A DNA stretch of 64,000 nt, from NCBI GenBank assembly GCA_963739455.1, contig CAVUAK010000001.1, positions 1,472,001 through 1,536,000 on the forward strand, in the 5' to 3' direction. This document shows, in pieces, positions 61,330 through 64,000 of this stretch. Source of the DNA: an uncultured Gemmatimonadales bacterium. GTDB lineage: Bacteria; Gemmatimonadota; Gemmatimonadetes; Gemmatimonadales; GWC2-71-9. Under the pieces are notes generated by a model. It worked only from the letters and a program-made list of their open reading frames with translations, had not been told where the DNA came from and made no database searches. Both the position numbers and the translations under genes were made by a program. The stretch's first letter is position 1; every line of letters begins with the position of its first letter.

Positions 61330-63586
61330 ATGTCCGACTCTGCCACCACCCGTACGCCCCGCTGGCGCTCGCCGGGCGTCATCCGTGCCGTTGTCCTCGG
61401 AATCCTCGGTGTCGCCACCCTTGGGTTCGCCATCATCCTGGCCGCCTGGCTCACCGTCTGTCGCGGCAGCGCCTGTCCCTCGCTCGACGCCCTCGGCGAG
61501 TACGATCCCGCCCAGGCCTCGAAGGTGTACGCCGCCGATGGCCGGCTCATCACCGACCTCGGCCTCGAGCGCCGCACCGTGGTGCCCCTCAACGAGATCT
61601 CGCCCGCGGTCATCCAGGCCTTTCTCGCCACGGAAGACAAGCGCTTCTACGAGCATCATGGCATCGACTGGATTCGCGTCATGGGCGCGGCCAAGGGCGC
61701 CGTGCTGGGCGGCCGTGTCACCGGCGCGTCCACCATCACCATGCAGCTCGCCGGCAACCTCTTCCCCGAGGACATCAACCGGCGCGACCGCAACCTCGGC
61801 CGCAAGCTCCGTGAGATGCGCGTGGCGCTCGACATCGAGAAGCGCTACAGCAAGGACAAGATCCTCGAGCTCTACCTGAACCAGATCGACCTCGGCAACC
61901 GCGCATACGGTGTCGAGGTCGCGAGCCAGCGCTACTTCGGCAAGAGCGCCCGCGAGCTCAACATCGCCGAGGCCGCGACACTGGCCGCGATCCCCAAGGC
62001 GCCGACCACCTACAACCCGCGCCGCAGCCCCGCGCGCAGCGTGCAGCGCCGCAACCTCGTCATCGGCCTGATGCGCGACGAGGGCCTCATCAACGACCTC
62101 GAGACCGAGCGCTGGCGGGCCTTCCCGCTGCTGCTCTCGTCGCAGGAGCGATTTCAGCGGCGTCGCCGAGTACTTCGTCGAGTACGTGCGCCAGCAGATG
62201 CAGGCGCGCTTCGGCGAGGACCTCTATCGCAAGGGCCTTCGCATCTACACCACCCTCGATCTCGACATGCAGCTCGCCGCCGAGCGCGCGCTCGAGGGAC
62301 AGCTGAGTGCCATCGAGGCCGGCGGCACCCGCTACGGCAAGTTCCCTCATCGCACCTACGCCCAGTATCTCGAGCGTCGCGACGACAACGCCGACCTGCC
62401 CACCGTATCGCCTTACCTGCAGGGCCTGGTGCTCACTCTCGAGGCCAAGACCGGCTACATCCGCGCATGGGTAGGTGGTCGCGATTTCGACGACAGCAAG
62501 TTCAATCGCGTGAACCAGTCGCGCCGCCAGCCCGGTTCCATCTTCAAGCCCTTCGTCTACACCGCGGCACTCGAGGCGGGGCATCCGCTCTCCGAGATCA
62601 TCGTTGACGACTCGCTCTCGATGGACTTCCCCGGTCAGGAGACGTGGACGCCCCAGAACTACGACCTCAAGTTCGAGGGGCGCATGACGCTTCGTCGCGC
62701 GCTCTACCAAAGCCGCAACATCCCGGCGATCAAGCTCGGCATGCAGGTGGGCCTCGAGAACGTCATCGACGAGGCCCGCCGGTTCGGCGTCACCACCGAC
62801 GTGGCGCCGGTGCCGTCCATCAGCATCGGTGCCGCTGACGTGGTGCCGCTCGAGATCATTGCCGCGTACACCGCCTTCGCCAACGACGGCCAGCGCGCCG
62901 AGCCGCAGGCCATCCTCCGGGTCGAGGACCGCGACGGCAACATCCTCTGGCAGCCCGCGTCGCGCCGCATCCAGGTGCTCGAGCCCTCGGTTGCGTGGCT
63001 CATCACCGATGTGTTGCGCGACGTCGTCCGTCGCGGCACTGCCGCGGGCACCGTTGGTTCGCAGATCAACTTCGCCGCTGCGGGCAAGACCGGCACCACC
63101 AACGACGGCTTCGATGTCTGGTATGTCGGCTTCACACCCGAGCTCGTCACTGGTGTTTGGATCGGCTTCGACCAGCCAAAGAAGATCATGAACAACGCGC
63201 AGGGCGGCCGTCTCGCCGCCCCGGCGTGGACCACGATGATGAAGGAGGTCTACGACCGGCGCCCCACGAACTTCCAGTGGAATCGTCCGGAGGATCTTCA
63301 GGTCGCGGAGATCGACAGCACCACCGGCTACCTCGCCACACCCTTCTGTCCCCGGCCCCTGCGGTACGTGGAGTCGTTCGCGCCTGGCACCGTCCCCGCG
63401 ACGTACTGCCCCGTGCATTCCCAGATGCTCGGCGTCCCTGGCATGACCCCAAGTCCGGGTGGAGCAGCCAACGGAGCGCCCGCCATCCCCGCCGTCCCCG
63501 CCCTCCCCGCCCCCACCGGCGGCGGGACCGCCGCCGGTGCTATGGGCGGCCAGGGCCCACCCACCGCGACACCGCCGCCGCGCTGA
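61330..63586 (+). CDS. Class A penicillin-binding protein (PBP1A family), frameshift near 62145
   Basis: EDKRFYEHHG, GASTITMQL, RKLRE, LYLN, SIFK, SRN, KTG. Confidence 0.93.
63479..63514. repeat. 9-nt repeat (CCCGCCNTC)x4 in the PBP1A C-terminal tail
   Basis: Encodes PAIPAVPALPAP. Same unit and same strand as the fmt, queA and ruvC arrays. Confidence 0.7.
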
Positions 63587-64000
63587 TGCAGCCGCGGCGC
63601 ATCGCGGCAGACTGGGTCTTTCCGGGGATAGCGCCGCCGTTCCGTGACGGCGCTGTCCTCTTCGATGACCTGGGCCGCGTCGCCGCCATAGGTCCCGATG
63701 TGGGGGGCGAAGTCCCCACACCGCCGGGTGTCATCACCGAATACTTCCCCGACGCCGCACTGCTGCCCGGCCTGGTCAACGCCCACACTCATCTCGAGCT
63801 CACCGGTCTCGATCCGATCGTCGACGAGCCCGATTTCCCCTCCTGGATCCGCCGGCTCAGGGCGCTCAAGGCGGAGCATACCCCCGAGCAGTTCCTCGAG
63901 GCGGCGAGACAGGGCATTCGTGAATGCTGGGCCGCTGGCGTCACGACGATTGCCGATACCGGCGATACCGGCGCGGTAGCACGGGCGCTCGCCGAGCTCG
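63586..64000 (+). CDS. Amidohydrolase family protein, 3'-truncated by the window
   Basis: Read directly: MQPRRIAADWVFP...LLPGLVNAHTHLEL...AGVTTIADTG. Confidence 0.85.
   Translation, partial: MQPRRIAADWVFPGIAPPFRDGAVLFDDLGRVAAIGPDVGGEVPTPPGVITEYFPDAALLPGLVNAHTHLELTGLDPIVDEPDFPSWIRRLRALKAEHTPEQFLEAARQGIRECWAAGVTTIADTGDTGAVARALAEL

Overview
GC-rich, gene-dense bacterial chromosomal segment. Gene content and order suggest Gemmatimonadota, which is my inference and not a database result. Many genes, including essential ones, are split by 1-nt indels, typical of an unpolished long-read assembly, so I call them as CDS rather than pseudogenes. Layout: (1) 1-10.2 kb, + strand: tamB-like, DAGK-family lipid kinase, atypical NtrC-type regulator, 8-Cys microprotein, SH3-NlpC/P60, HAD, acpS, cytochrome c-FTR1 iron permease with a Fur-like box. 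(2) 10-21 kb: accessory patchwork with M28 and M1 peptidases, DinB-like proteins, a four-domain multicopper oxidase, cyclase and NmrA. (3) 21-36.2 kb, - strand: housekeeping superoperon yebC-ruvC-ruvA-(Zn ribbon)-ruvB-queA-DinB-tgt-yajC-def-fmt-thiE-thiS-GNAT-thiG-rsmB-PASTA-rpe-TlpA-tsaD-lgt. (4) 37-56 kb: envelope glycan region with GT9, PorX-like REC-PglZ, MsbA-like ABC, GT2/GT4/CgeB-like, GT10 and GT11 fucosyltransferases, a patatin-ferredoxin fusion, an sxtIJKL-like carbamoylation cassette and a GT-C. (5) 56-64 kb: dppC-like, class V aminotransferase behind a structured leader, tyrS, PBP1A, amidohydrolase. No rRNA, tRNA, CRISPR, transposase or integrase was seen. The most notable signals are a multi-family system of 7/8/9/21-nt repeats (palindromic elements bracketing single genes, in-frame insertions in housekeeping proteins, strand-polarised), the patatin-ferredoxin fusion, the permuted four-domain multicopper oxidase and a candidate structured RNA at 56979-57140.
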